Assembly: GCA_963663865.1 (NCBI GenBank)
Contig: OY760686.1
Location: 2,464,001 to 2,528,000, forward strand
Direction: 5' to 3'
Source: Spirochaetota bacterium
Lineage (GTDB): Bacteria > Spirochaetota > UBA4802 > UBA5550
DNA: 64,000 nucleotides
This document shows, piece after piece, positions 48,971-58,443 of this stretch. The translations under genes were made by a program, and so were the position numbers. The stretch's first letter is position 1. Each line of letters starts with the position of its first letter. Under the pieces are notes generated by a model. It worked only from the letters and a program-made list of their open reading frames with translations. It was not told the origin of the DNA and searched no databases.

Positions 48971-49761
48971 AATCCAAGCACATCAAACATATTGTACAGC
49001 CCGGGCCCCATGCCTTCAAGGTATTCGGCGGCGAGTACAGAACCCCTGGCATAGGTGGATCTGTTGGATGAGCGGACAGTGAGCTCAAGACGCTCACCTT
49101 CACCGGCCATGAAAACCGTATGCTCGCCCACAATATCGGCAGCCCTCATTGACATCATTCCGATCTCTTTTGAGCTCCTCTCGCCGGTGAATCCTTCGCG
49201 GCCGTAAACGGCCTTCGCGTCAGCCATGCCCGGCATGCTGCCCTTAACTATCTCAAGAAGCTTATTCGCGGTTCCGGAAGGAGCGTCCTTCTTAAAGCGG
49301 TGATGGGCTTCGAAAATTTCAACATCAATATCCTCATTCATGGCCCTGGAAGCTATTTCGGTAAGCTTGAAAAGAATGTTTACACCAACCGACATGCTCG
49401 GAGACCAGACGACTGGAATCTTCGATGAAGCCTCAACAATTTTCTTTTTCTGTTCCTCACTGTATCCTGTCGTCCCGATTACCAGCGAACGGCCTGTTTC
49501 AATAAGAACAGGCAGAAGTTCCATGGTCGCCTCAGGGCTTGAGAAATCTATTAAGCAGCCGCAGTTTTCGACGGCCTCCCTTTCAACGGCGGAAACCCTG
49601 ATTCCGGAAACATTTTTCCCTGAAACGGAGCTCACCTCCCTGCCGAAAAAAAGGCTGTCCCTGGAATCAAAGGCGGCTCCGAGCTCATGGTTTTTCTGAA
49701 GGACAACATCAAGTATTTCCTGCCCCATCCGTCCGCATATTCCGCATATTCCAATCTTCAT
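48967..49761 (-). CDS. dapB: 4-hydroxy-tetrahydrodipicolinate reductase
   Basis: GICGRMG, IDFS, VIGTTG, EAHHRFKKDAPSGTA. Confidence 0.96.
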   Translation of the reverse strand: MKIGICGICGRMGQEILDVVLQKNHELGAAFDSRDSLFFGREVSSVSGKNVSGIRVSAVEREAVENCGCLIDFSSPEATMELLPVLIETGRSLVIGTTGYSEEQKKKIVEASSKIPVVWSPSMSVGVNILFKLTEIASRAMNEDIDVEIFEAHHRFKKDAPSGTANKLLEIVKGSMPGMADAKAVYGREGFTGERSSKEIGMMSMRAADIVGEHTVFMAGEGERLELTVRSSNRSTYARGSVLAAEYLEGMGPGLYNMFDVLGL

Positions 49762-50648
49762 TTGATTTTAACTCCGTAATCCTCAAGGGCTTTTTTCAGT
49801 CTCTGTCTGTTCTCCGGCAAAATATCGGTCATCGGGAGCCTGAGGCTGCCGGAACAGAGCCCTGCCATCTCCATCGCGGCCTTTACCGGAATCGGATTTG
49901 TTTCGTAGAACATCGCCTTACAGAGAGGAAGCAGCCTGTAGAACATTTCCATTGCCTTCACCACATCGCCGCTCCGGTAATTGTCAACTATAGCCTTGAC
50001 ATCGGACGGTACGAGGTTCGACACTACGGAAACAATGCCTTTCCCGCCAACAGACAGCAGGGGCAGCAGCAGATTATCGTCGCCGGAGAGAACCGTAAGC
50101 CTGTCACCGCATAGACGGATAAGCTCCATCATCTGAATGATATCCCCTGAAGCCTCTTTCACCGCGGCAATATTGTCCACCCTCTCCGTCAGTTCCTTAA
50201 CGCTTTCGGGAAGAAAATTTACTCCGGTGCGCCCCGGTATATTGTAAAGTATGACAGGTATTCTGACAGCCCTCGCAACAGCCTCAAAATGCGCTATCAG
50301 CCCTTTCTGCGTCGGCTTGTTGTAGTAAGGATTCACCTGGAGGACAGCATCCACCCCGGCGTCCTGGGCTGAACGAGAAAGATGGACAGCCTCTGTCGTA
50401 GAGTTTGCTCCCGTTCCAGCTATTACTTTGACTCGCCCGTTTACTATTTTAACAACACGCTTAATCAGCTCCTCGTGCTCTTCGAACGACACGGTTGGAG
50501 ACTCACCGGTTGTGCCCAGAGGGACAACTCCGTCAACACCGCCCCTTATCTGAATCTCGATAAGCTTTTCGAGCGTCTCATAGTCAATATCCCCCCCTTT
50601 AAAAGGGGTAACCATTGCGGTAAATACACCTTCAAACATTTTTGTCAC
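49758..50648 (-). CDS. dapA: 4-hydroxy-tetrahydrodipicolinate synthase
   Basis: GTTGES, PYYNKP, LYNIPGRTG, VKEASG, ETNPIPVK. Confidence 0.97.
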   Translation of the reverse strand: MTKMFEGVFTAMVTPFKGGDIDYETLEKLIEIQIRGGVDGVVPLGTTGESPTVSFEEHEELIKRVVKIVNGRVKVIAGTGANSTTEAVHLSRSAQDAGVDAVLQVNPYYNKPTQKGLIAHFEAVARAVRIPVILYNIPGRTGVNFLPESVKELTERVDNIAAVKEASGDIIQMMELIRLCGDRLTVLSGDDNLLLPLLSVGGKGIVSVVSNLVPSDVKAIVDNYRSGDVVKAMEMFYRLLPLCKAMFYETNPIPVKAAMEMAGLCSGSLRLPMTDILPENRQRLKKALEDYGVKIK

Positions 50649-50651
50649 CTT

Positions 50652-51008
50652 TTATTTTTTGGTTACCGGCTTAAGAACCCTGTAAAGCCTGTCCCTGAAA
50701 TAATCAACATTGAACTCTTCTTCCTTAAAATCATCGCTGAATAGATACAGCACCAACACCCTCTCGGACTCAAGGCGCGTCTGATTTCTGTCATAAGCGT
50801 AGACCTTGACCCAGGAATCGCCGGATACAGTCAGTATCTTCACGAATGTGTTCTTCTTCAAAGAGCTTTTCCCGGAAGAAACATCCTGAAGAAGTACATA
50901 GTCCTGCTTCTCAAACTCAGTCAGAAGCGGAACATCATTTTCAGGAATAAACGTCTTACAGGAAACAGCCGCCATGGCTGTTATTATCAGCAAAAGAAAT
51001 TTCTTCAT
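50652..51008 (-). CDS. Small lipoprotein of unknown function
   Basis: MKKFLLLIITAMAAVSC lipobox. Confidence 0.7.
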   Translation of the reverse strand: MKKFLLLIITAMAAVSCKTFIPENDVPLLTEFEKQDYVLLQDVSSGKSSLKKNTFVKILTVSGDSWVKVYAYDRNQTRLESERVLVLYLFSDDFKEEEFNVDYFRDRLYRVLKPVTKK

Positions 51009-51089
51009 ATTTTATAATAACCGGTTAGTATAGTATATTTAAAAGAACAGCTCTTTCCCCGGCATGTCAAGGAATATTTGCGATACTCT

Positions 51090-52373
51090 TCACCCCTGTT
51101 GAAAAGTCTCTCTGGGCGGATTGTAATATCCGAGCCTTATTTTGGGAAATTCCGCCCTTATCATATTTAGGAGCACAGCTGTTCCCAGCGGCTCCGAATC
51201 TTCAAATCCGATACTGTCGAGGTAGTAATCAGGATCAATATTGAGATTCCGCGTTTGAATCATATTCACGGGAAATCTTCGCAGAAAAGCTAAAAGTTTC
51301 TCCGCCTCCGCAGCCGAGTCAGTAAATCCGGGAAGAAAGAAAAGGTTTAGAGATGTGAAAATACCCGCAGAAAGCGCGGTTTCGATCGTACGATAAACAT
51401 CACTCAGGGCATAATTCACGGGCGAATAGTATCTGTTGTAATAATCCGGATCAGGCGAGTTCATGCTGACTCTTATGGAATCAAGTCCGGCGTCAATCAT
51501 CATTTTGACTGCTTCAGGTATAGAACCATTGGTGTTTATATTGATTGTTCCCGAGGATGTCTCCTTCCTGACCATGGATATTGCTTCCGCGAGATCCCTT
51601 CCACGCATAAGCGGCTCGCCCTCACATCCCTGCCCGAAGCTTGCAACGGCCCGGTCGACCCTTCTAAAGTGATGTAGGATAAGGCCGGCTATCTCTTCGG
51701 GAGCAGGTTTGAAATTCAGTCTGGGCTGCGACTCCGGGAAAGGCCCTCCCTCGTTCTGGTGCGAAAGGCAGCCGAGACACCTGGCATTGCATGCGGGAGA
51801 AGTAGGCACTGGAGCCTCGTATCTGGAGAGAAAGAAGTTCCTCGCGCAGAGACAGCCGTACTCGCGGCTGCAGGTCGAAAGCTGCCTGACAAGCCGGTTT
51901 TCAGGATACATCCCGCGAACCTCATCTATAGCCAGATCAAGCTCTTCGTGGTTCTCGTGGATCGCGGGGTCAGACCTGACATCTTCGTCAATGCGCACCG
52001 CGGGAACAAGAAATTCCCCGTCCTCAGAAACCGCAACCCCCGCGTAAGCCCACATCGGCAGCGGCCTGCCCCCCGCTTCCGGGACATAGGCAGGCAGAAA
52101 GGTCCTGAGATAGGCGCTCGACAGAAAAGCTGACACCCCCCATATTTTTCTTCCGTACATATCGCGCTTTACCGGCTTAAATGAGCCCCCCTTCGCGGCC
52201 GAGACGGGGGCCCTGTCAGGAAGCGAAAACAGATAGCTCCCGTACGGAAGACTGATAAGCTCACCCCTCTCTGGCACAACAAAGCTTCTGCCTGTCCTGA
52301 AGGCGGCCTCAGCAGACTCGTGTTCATAAACAGTGCCCTTTTTATCCGAATAGAGCATCATAAGTTTATCCAT
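51090..52373 (-). CDS. Radical SAM protein of unknown function
   Basis: CNARCLGC (CxxxCxxC), SFGQGCEGEP, NTNGS, RVSMNS; extra CSREYGCLC motif. Confidence 0.85.
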   Translation of the reverse strand: MDKLMMLYSDKKGTVYEHESAEAAFRTGRSFVVPERGELISLPYGSYLFSLPDRAPVSAAKGGSFKPVKRDMYGRKIWGVSAFLSSAYLRTFLPAYVPEAGGRPLPMWAYAGVAVSEDGEFLVPAVRIDEDVRSDPAIHENHEELDLAIDEVRGMYPENRLVRQLSTCSREYGCLCARNFFLSRYEAPVPTSPACNARCLGCLSHQNEGGPFPESQPRLNFKPAPEEIAGLILHHFRRVDRAVASFGQGCEGEPLMRGRDLAEAISMVRKETSSGTININTNGSIPEAVKMMIDAGLDSIRVSMNSPDPDYYNRYYSPVNYALSDVYRTIETALSAGIFTSLNLFFLPGFTDSAAEAEKLLAFLRRFPVNMIQTRNLNIDPDYYLDSIGFEDSEPLGTAVLLNMIRAEFPKIRLGYYNPPRETFQQG

Positions 52374-52377
52374 TTTA

Positions 52378-53394
52378 TCAGCAGACTCCAGTTTTTATCT
52401 TTTCAAATTCGGCGGCGCAGGCAATAAGTTCGTCAGGAAAATCGGGCCTGTTTTCCCAGGCAATGACGCGGCCGTGTTTTTTCTTCTTATCGTCCTTCAA
52501 ATCGGAAAGCGGAATTCCAGAGCAGTCTAAAAGCAATGGAACTTCGCCGCCATCGCACTCCCCGTGCGAGCCATATGGCACCACCATGAAATCAACCAGC
52601 TTACACTCGTCAGAGCTCTGACAGCCGTTCTTCCCCACGCGGACACCCCGCAGTAGGCCCGGCGGGAGAACCGTCAGCATCCCTTTCAGCGGATAATCAT
52701 CATCCCCCAGAACCACACCGGCCGAGCCTGTCATCGCGGCAAGCTCGGGACGACTTCCGAAAAGCAGACTCAGACCGCTCTTCCGCATCTCGTCTGAAGT
52801 GACGGAGGCTTCAGCAAAAGCCTCTTTACGGGGCAGTTCGGCTTTGTATAACAACGCCGGCACTCCCGCCTTCACCGCGGTTGATGCGATGAGAGATAAA
52901 CCTGATGAATCAATATCACGGGAGGTTATGCTGACGACTATTGCTTCATTCAGCTTTTGCGCCAAGCCACCGCGCACAAGGGCAAACCCGGACTCCCTTT
53001 GCAGAGAATAAATTCTGAATCTCAGCTCTTCAAAACGCGCGGAGGACAGCCCCGCCCCTGCAAAAGACGGAAGCTTTGAGAGCTCCTCAAGGCTTCTGAG
53101 AGACTCGGCCGCGCGGCTGATGTTTGCAGTAAAAAGCTCAATCAACCCGGCCCGCTTTGTCTCCGAGTCAATATCGTAAAACTTCTGACCGTCTGCAGCC
53201 ACATCCCTGGCCTCAAGAAACATAAAGCGGTTCACCGCCGATGAAGCCTCCCTGAGGTCATGTCTCATTTCCTTGAAGCTCGCCGAGAGGCGGCTTCGCG
53301 CCGCGAACCTCAGTATATCCTCGCAAACCCTGATTCCCTCCATTGCCCGGTTAAGGCAGGCATCAAAAGCCCTGTATGCCCCGCGCTCTTCCAT
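52378..53394 (-). CDS. Thiamine-phosphate-synthase-like protein: ThiD2-type N-terminal domain + degenerate ThiE barrel
   Basis: RAFDACLNRAMEGIRVCED and NISRAAESLRSLEE repeats; C-terminal GVVLGDDD relic; start ATG 53394. Confidence 0.65.
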   Translation of the reverse strand: MEERGAYRAFDACLNRAMEGIRVCEDILRFAARSRLSASFKEMRHDLREASSAVNRFMFLEARDVAADGQKFYDIDSETKRAGLIELFTANISRAAESLRSLEELSKLPSFAGAGLSSARFEELRFRIYSLQRESGFALVRGGLAQKLNEAIVVSITSRDIDSSGLSLIASTAVKAGVPALLYKAELPRKEAFAEASVTSDEMRKSGLSLLFGSRPELAAMTGSAGVVLGDDDYPLKGMLTVLPPGLLRGVRVGKNGCQSSDECKLVDFMVVPYGSHGECDGGEVPLLLDCSGIPLSDLKDDKKKKHGRVIAWENRPDFPDELIACAAEFEKIKTGVC

Positions 53395-53396
53395 GC

Positions 53397-54119
53397 TCAA
53401 CTCCACTCGTAGACTATGACAGACAGAAGGGCCAGAGCCGCGGTTTCGGCACGAAGCTGCGTGAATCCGAAGTTGAGGACCTGCCATCCGCCATCTGCCG
53501 CTTCATTGATCTCACGTCTTGAGAATCCGCCCTCGGGGCCGACAAGAAGCGAGACCCTGCCGGCGCCAGCAGGCCGCCCGGAGAGGCCGTCCCTGAACAA
53601 TTTATCGGCTCCGGGATGTCCGATAATTCTGACATCCGATGAGTCGTGCTTTACAGCCTCCTCAAAAGACACAGGCGCGGCGACCTCGGGGATGTTAAGC
53701 CTTCCTGACTGCTTGGCCGCCTCGTGTGCTATGCGGTTCCACCGCGTCAGCCTGTTTGTCAGGCTGCCGTCCGGTGAAGGGACCGTCCTCTCGGTGATTA
53801 TCGGAACAACTCGTGATACGCCGATCTCAACAGACTTCTGTATAGCCAGCTCAAAGTTTTTCGACTTCAGCAGGGCCATGTACAGCACTATCTCAAGCCC
53901 CGGGGCTTCCGCCTGCTCCGCCTCTATGAATCGAGCGCTGATGCTGATGCTTCCGACATCGACGACTTCTGCTTTCCATCTTTTCTTTTCAGTTGTCACC
54001 ACGCTGATTACGTCTCCACTCCTCACTCTGCGAACCCTCGCAAGATGCCGAAAATCATCACCAGAGATAGAAAAGAGAGCGCCCGGGCTCCCTCCTTCGT
54101 TTATCATAAAAACAGGCAT
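53397..54119 (-). CDS. rsmE: 16S rRNA m3U1498 methyltransferase
   Basis: HLARVRRV, QKSVEIGV, EAAKQSGR, VGPEGGFS, LRAETAA. Confidence 0.95.
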   Translation of the reverse strand: MPVFMINEGGSPGALFSISGDDFRHLARVRRVRSGDVISVVTTEKKRWKAEVVDVGSISISARFIEAEQAEAPGLEIVLYMALLKSKNFELAIQKSVEIGVSRVVPIITERTVPSPDGSLTNRLTRWNRIAHEAAKQSGRLNIPEVAAPVSFEEAVKHDSSDVRIIGHPGADKLFRDGLSGRPAGAGRVSLLVGPEGGFSRREINEAADGGWQVLNFGFTQLRAETAALALLSVIVYEWS

Positions 54120-54898
54120 CAGTCACCAAGCCTCTCCGGCCTGAAGATTTCGCTTTTAAAGCTGACATCTGTATCGAAGCCGTAAAATGACATTATGGAA
54201 ACCGTTCCCCGGCGAATATTCATCATATCGTAGCGGACAGGCAGAGTCCTGCCACCCAGCTGAGCGGTTTTTGCGACCGTCATAAACTTGAATATCGCAT
54301 TATCCCGGTCGTGAAAATCAATCCTCATCGGGAAAAAATCCTCCTTGCTGACGTAAAGCGTAAGCATTCCATAAAGCCCTGACCGAAACACTGGAACAAG
54401 CTTCAACCTGTAGGCGCGCCTTCCGCCAATGGAAGCCTCTCCTTCTATGGAAGCGGTATAGTTGCTCTGAAGGTCATATCCCGATATATCTATAAAGTTA
54501 AAGTTTGTTCCGAGGACTTCATCGTACCTGTCTATCGCCATCTTATGGTATGTCATTCTGGAATGCGGAGCGTACACCCTTATGTCCTCACCTCCGAGGG
54601 TGTATAGCACCTTGAGCTGTTCCCCTCTGCCTCCGCCTGTGAATTTGAAAAGGGAATTCAGACCCGAAACACTGATTGAAAAATCAACCGATGATGAGCT
54701 TCCTTCCGGCCTTATATGACGAATCCTTCCTCTGGCCCTCCCGTCAGGATATTGCATTGTCCGGTCAACCCTGGCAAGAATTGCCTGTGCGGTCAGCTCA
54801 ATCTCCCTTGAATTTTGAGCGCGCACCTCAACCCCCTCAAAAAGCAGAACAGAAACAGAAGCAACGCACAGCAGGGATCTCAACTTTATACGTCTCAA
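54119..54898 (-). CDS. Outer-membrane lipoprotein-sorting (LolA-like) protein
   Basis: Signal peptide; LTAQAILARVD, LGTNFNFIDI, YRLKLVP..GLYG..LYV, RIDFHD. Confidence 0.72.
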   Translation of the reverse strand: MRRIKLRSLLCVASVSVLLFEGVEVRAQNSREIELTAQAILARVDRTMQYPDGRARGRIRHIRPEGSSSSVDFSISVSGLNSLFKFTGGGRGEQLKVLYTLGGEDIRVYAPHSRMTYHKMAIDRYDEVLGTNFNFIDISGYDLQSNYTASIEGEASIGGRRAYRLKLVPVFRSGLYGMLTLYVSKEDFFPMRIDFHDRDNAIFKFMTVAKTAQLGGRTLPVRYDMMNIRRGTVSIMSFYGFDTDVSFKSEIFRPERLGD

Positions 54899-55147
54899 AT
54901 TCTCCTCCTAAAACCTTTACATGGACAATTATAATTCATTTAGAGTTTTTTTCATCATCTTTTCCGGTTCTTCACACAAAAAGTTGAATATATACAAATT
55001 TATCCATCATTCGAACATTAAAATACAGGCCCGCCTTCGGACAAGCTTAAATACTGATTTTTTTAGTTTTTTTGCTCTAAATAAGTTTTTCGTTGATTTT
55101 CCAGGGGCTGTTTATAGCTTATATATGATCAGCAGATCGTACAATTA

Positions 55148-55684
55148 GTGGACAAATTTATGGGAACTTCGGAAAATCTATATCTCGCAAACAGGGAAGA
55201 GTCAGCCATTTCAGTTACGCTGATCCCTTCGGTCGTGCGCGCGAAATGGGTTGAGGCTGGCAATACGGCGGACTTTATTGCAGATTTTTACAACCAGTGT
55301 TTCAACGACAGAAAGATCAGGGACATGATATCAACCGTACTGAATGAGCTTATTGAAAATGCCGTAAAATTCTCCGGCAGCGACAGCCTTCCTGTAAACG
55401 TTGAGAGCAACGCGACCGACAGCAGCATAGTTTTCCGTGTGACTAACAGCATTAAAGCGGAATCGCTCGATTCCCTGTACACGGCCTTCAACGACCTTGA
55501 AAGCTCCGATCTGGGCAAAACCTTCACAAGCAGAATAGAGAATCTCGATATGTCCGCGAACGGAGCCGGGATTGGCCTCATCCTTCTAAAAAAATTCTAT
55601 AAAGTCAGAATTGGTCTTGTTGTGTATGAGTCGGCTGATGAGCTGATAAAAGTCACGGTTTCGGCTGAGATCCCGATCCATTAG
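55148..55684 (+). CDS. Stand-alone GHKL-like protein (anti-sigma/SiaB/slr1658-like)
   Basis: ISTVLNELIENAVKF (N-box) and GAGIGLILL (G2-box). Confidence 0.65.
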   Translation: MDKFMGTSENLYLANREESAISVTLIPSVVRAKWVEAGNTADFIADFYNQCFNDRKIRDMISTVLNELIENAVKFSGSDSLPVNVESNATDSSIVFRVTNSIKAESLDSLYTAFNDLESSDLGKTFTSRIENLDMSANGAGIGLILLKKFYKVRIGLVVYESADELIKVTVSAEIPIH

Positions 55685-55693
55685 ACACGTTAT

Positions 55694-56086
55694 TCACTCC
55701 GACGAATAATACAGGCTTCCGCCGGTTTCGAGGTCAGGCCTGAGCTTTCTCGCTTCATGCAGATAGAGTTGAACCAGTTCGCTCTGTTTTTTTTCGGTGT
55801 TTATATGCAGAAGAACCCTGATGCATTTTCTGAGGCTTCCCTTCACTGGAATCTCCCTGACACAGAAAAGAGGAGTGAATATCCATCCCATCTTTCTGGC
55901 AGCAACAGCCGGAAATTCATCATCGATGTCATCGGTAACCGAGAAGATTACTGAAGCTATATCCTCAACTTCAAAGGTATTTCTTTCGACAAGCCCCCTT
56001 AGAAGCTCCTCAGTCCTTTCAAGTATCTGGCCCTTTTCATTTTCAGTAACCGTTGTAGCGCCCCTTACTCCTCTTACTGCCATCAA
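55694..56086 (-). CDS. aroH: Chorismate mutase, AroH class
   Basis: VRGVRGATT, FPAVAAR, EIPVKGSL.KCIRVL, YL.EA..LRPD. Confidence 0.94.
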   Translation of the reverse strand: MMAVRGVRGATTVTENEKGQILERTEELLRGLVERNTFEVEDIASVIFSVTDDIDDEFPAVAARKMGWIFTPLFCVREIPVKGSLRKCIRVLLHINTEKKQSELVQLYLHEARKLRPDLETGGSLYYSSE

Positions 56087-57361
56087 TCAATCCTCCTGAA
56101 GTGTTATGCGCCCGCCGGCCGAATTCATCAGCTCCCTGAAGGTTGGGAAGGTGACGGCAACAGCCTCAGCAGTTGAAATCTCAACAGGCCCCTGAGCCGC
56201 CATTCCGGCAACAGCAAGCGACATGACTATCCGGTGATCATGGTGTCCATCAACCAGGCCGCCTGACAGGGTGCTTCTCTTAATAATCAGCCCGTCGGGT
56301 CTCTCGGATATATCAGCTCCAAGCTTCGCAAGCTCCCTGCACATCACCGCGATGCGGTCTGTTTCCTTGAGCCTGGCCTGGGGAACATTTACCAGCCTTG
56401 TCTCACCTTCGGCGAAGCATGCCGCCACGGACAGAGCAGGAAGAGCGTCTGGTATTGCGTTCAGATCGAACTCGCCCCCCTTCAGTTCCCCGCCCTTTAC
56501 GACGCAGGTTAGTCCGTCGACCTCAACCCGGGCGCCCATGGCACGCAGAATGTCCGCGACCTCCCTGTCTCCCTGTGAATCATTGAAGTCGAGTCCCCTG
56601 AGCATCAGCTCGCCGCCTGTCACAGCAGCGGCAACCATAAAGAATGTAGCCGAAGAGAAATCAGCAGCTATAGCCTCTTCAAACGCGCTGATCCTCTGAG
56701 AGCCCGGAATAATAAACTTTCTGTAATCGTGATTTTCATATTTAATTCCAAGTCGGTCGAGCCAGGAAAGAGTAATATCCACATAAGGCTTTTCGTTGAG
56801 CAATCCGACTTCAATTGATGAGTCACCGGTGGCAAAGGGCGAAGAAATAAGTATCGAAGAAAGATACTGACTCGTTACTGCCTCAACGCGCGCCCTGCCG
56901 CCTTTCATTTTGCCTGTAATCACAAACGGGGCCTTGCCGTTGCCTCTTGTAGATAAAGCTTCAGCTCCCAGCTCTCGAATAGCTTCAATCAGCCCGTCTG
57001 CAGGCCTGTTTCTGATCTGGTGATCTCCTGTAAAAACGGTCGTTCCATCAACAAGAGCCGCCATCGACATGCCGAAGTAGAGGCTCGTTCCCGAGTTCCC
57101 TGTATCAATCACATTATCGGGAACGGCCACTGCGCCGCCGAGTCCCCTGACAGTCCAGCAACCGTCATGCTCAATAACCTCCGCTCCAAAAGCGCGGATC
57201 ATATCCAGACAAGATCGGGTGTCGGATGAATCCAGAGGCGACTTTATCCTGGACTCGCCAGATGCAAGGGCGGCAAGAACAAGTGCCCTTATGGTGTGCG
57301 ATTTCGAGCCGGGTACTACAACAGTTCCACCGGCCTCAGAAGCATTTGAAATATATCTCAT
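56087..57361 (-). CDS. aroA: EPSP synthase
   Basis: PGSKSHT, GNSGT, SQYLSS, RLKETDRI, HHDHRIVM. Confidence 0.96.
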   Translation of the reverse strand: MRYISNASEAGGTVVVPGSKSHTIRALVLAALASGESRIKSPLDSSDTRSCLDMIRAFGAEVIEHDGCWTVRGLGGAVAVPDNVIDTGNSGTSLYFGMSMAALVDGTTVFTGDHQIRNRPADGLIEAIRELGAEALSTRGNGKAPFVITGKMKGGRARVEAVTSQYLSSILISSPFATGDSSIEVGLLNEKPYVDITLSWLDRLGIKYENHDYRKFIIPGSQRISAFEEAIAADFSSATFFMVAAAVTGGELMLRGLDFNDSQGDREVADILRAMGARVEVDGLTCVVKGGELKGGEFDLNAIPDALPALSVAACFAEGETRLVNVPQARLKETDRIAVMCRELAKLGADISERPDGLIIKRSTLSGGLVDGHHDHRIVMSLAVAGMAAQGPVEISTAEAVAVTFPTFRELMNSAGGRITLQED

Positions 57362-58143
57362 TTTAGTCCTTTTGCAGTATCCGGTTTAAGTCTTCTAAAA
57401 ACGCCGGCATAATATGGAACGGAAAGCTCTCCCCCGGCAAACGAGCACGATGAAGCAAGCCTATCCTTGTTTTCGCTCACGAATGCCTCTGCGGTTTTTT
57501 TAATTTCAGGCGTCAGTTCGGCGAAGAAAGCAATTTTTTCCGCGGCATTCTCCTTGAAAGACTCAACGTCATAGTTTACGAGCTTGAAGTCGTTGAGCTC
57601 AAGAATTGTCTGAAGCTCTTCGGGAAAATAGTACTCGTTATGAATCGGAAACATTGAGCGCATATACTCATCGTATATACCGTCTTCATCGTCGCCGCTG
57701 AGCAGAGGGGAAGCGGCGATCAGTATTCCGTCAAACTGAAGCACCCTTCTCATCTCATCAATTGCCTCGCCGGATTCAATGAAGCTCAGATAGTCGGTTA
57801 AGATAATCATGTCAGCCTTGTAGTAATCGACCGGTATCTTCTCGAATACACCGTTTATCCAATAGATAGAAGAATAACTTGCCCCGCTGTATTTATCAAC
57901 AAAAGCCCTTATTGTGTCAATGCAGGGCTCGACAACGACAATTTCAGCATCTGTTTCAGCTGCCAGCTTTGCCAGAAGCTCCCCTGATCCGACACCTGTT
58001 TTTACTATAACTGCCGGCCCGTAAATGCTAACATTTTCCATGACTTTTTCTTCAAGGAATGGCCTGACCTGTGCCGGCTCAAGCATCATCCCCCGCCCAA
58101 AAGAGTTACGGCTTAACTGGCATATCGTTTCAGATCTGTCCAT
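57358..58143 (-). CDS. Class I SAM-dependent methyltransferase-like protein (divergent motif I)
   Basis: VIVKTGVGSG, VVVEP, EMRRVLQFDG; ATGA overlap with aroA. Confidence 0.55.
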   Translation of the reverse strand: MDRSETICQLSRNSFGRGMMLEPAQVRPFLEEKVMENVSIYGPAVIVKTGVGSGELLAKLAAETDAEIVVVEPCIDTIRAFVDKYSGASYSSIYWINGVFEKIPVDYYKADMIILTDYLSFIESGEAIDEMRRVLQFDGILIAASPLLSGDDEDGIYDEYMRSMFPIHNEYYFPEELQTILELNDFKLVNYDVESFKENAAEKIAFFAELTPEIKKTAEAFVSENKDRLASSCSFAGGELSVPYYAGVFRRLKPDTAKGLK

Positions 58144-58443
58144 GATCACCTCGCGTTTAACTGCACTTCTTCACAGGTTTGCAGCCAGCCGGATTAAATC
58201 CGACGGCTATTCAGGTCAGGAATTTTTCGGCTTGATGTCAAGGGTTTAATAAATCGGCAGACCATTTTTTCAAGAATAATACCCGTGCCTGAGAAATATT
58301 ATTGACACCACAATGTTTCAGTTGAGAATTTCCAGAAGCGGGTATTATGTCTAATTCCAGGCTCCTATAGCACAAGTTTCCTGCACACCGATAGTTCAAT
58401 TTCCGTTATTAGGCAGAAACCGCACCAGATCAGAGGTAAAAGA

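Noticed and set aside
58280-58300. CTGAGA as a TPP riboswitch core
   Set aside because: The required downstream ACCCG/ACCTGA/AATGC elements are not in the right order
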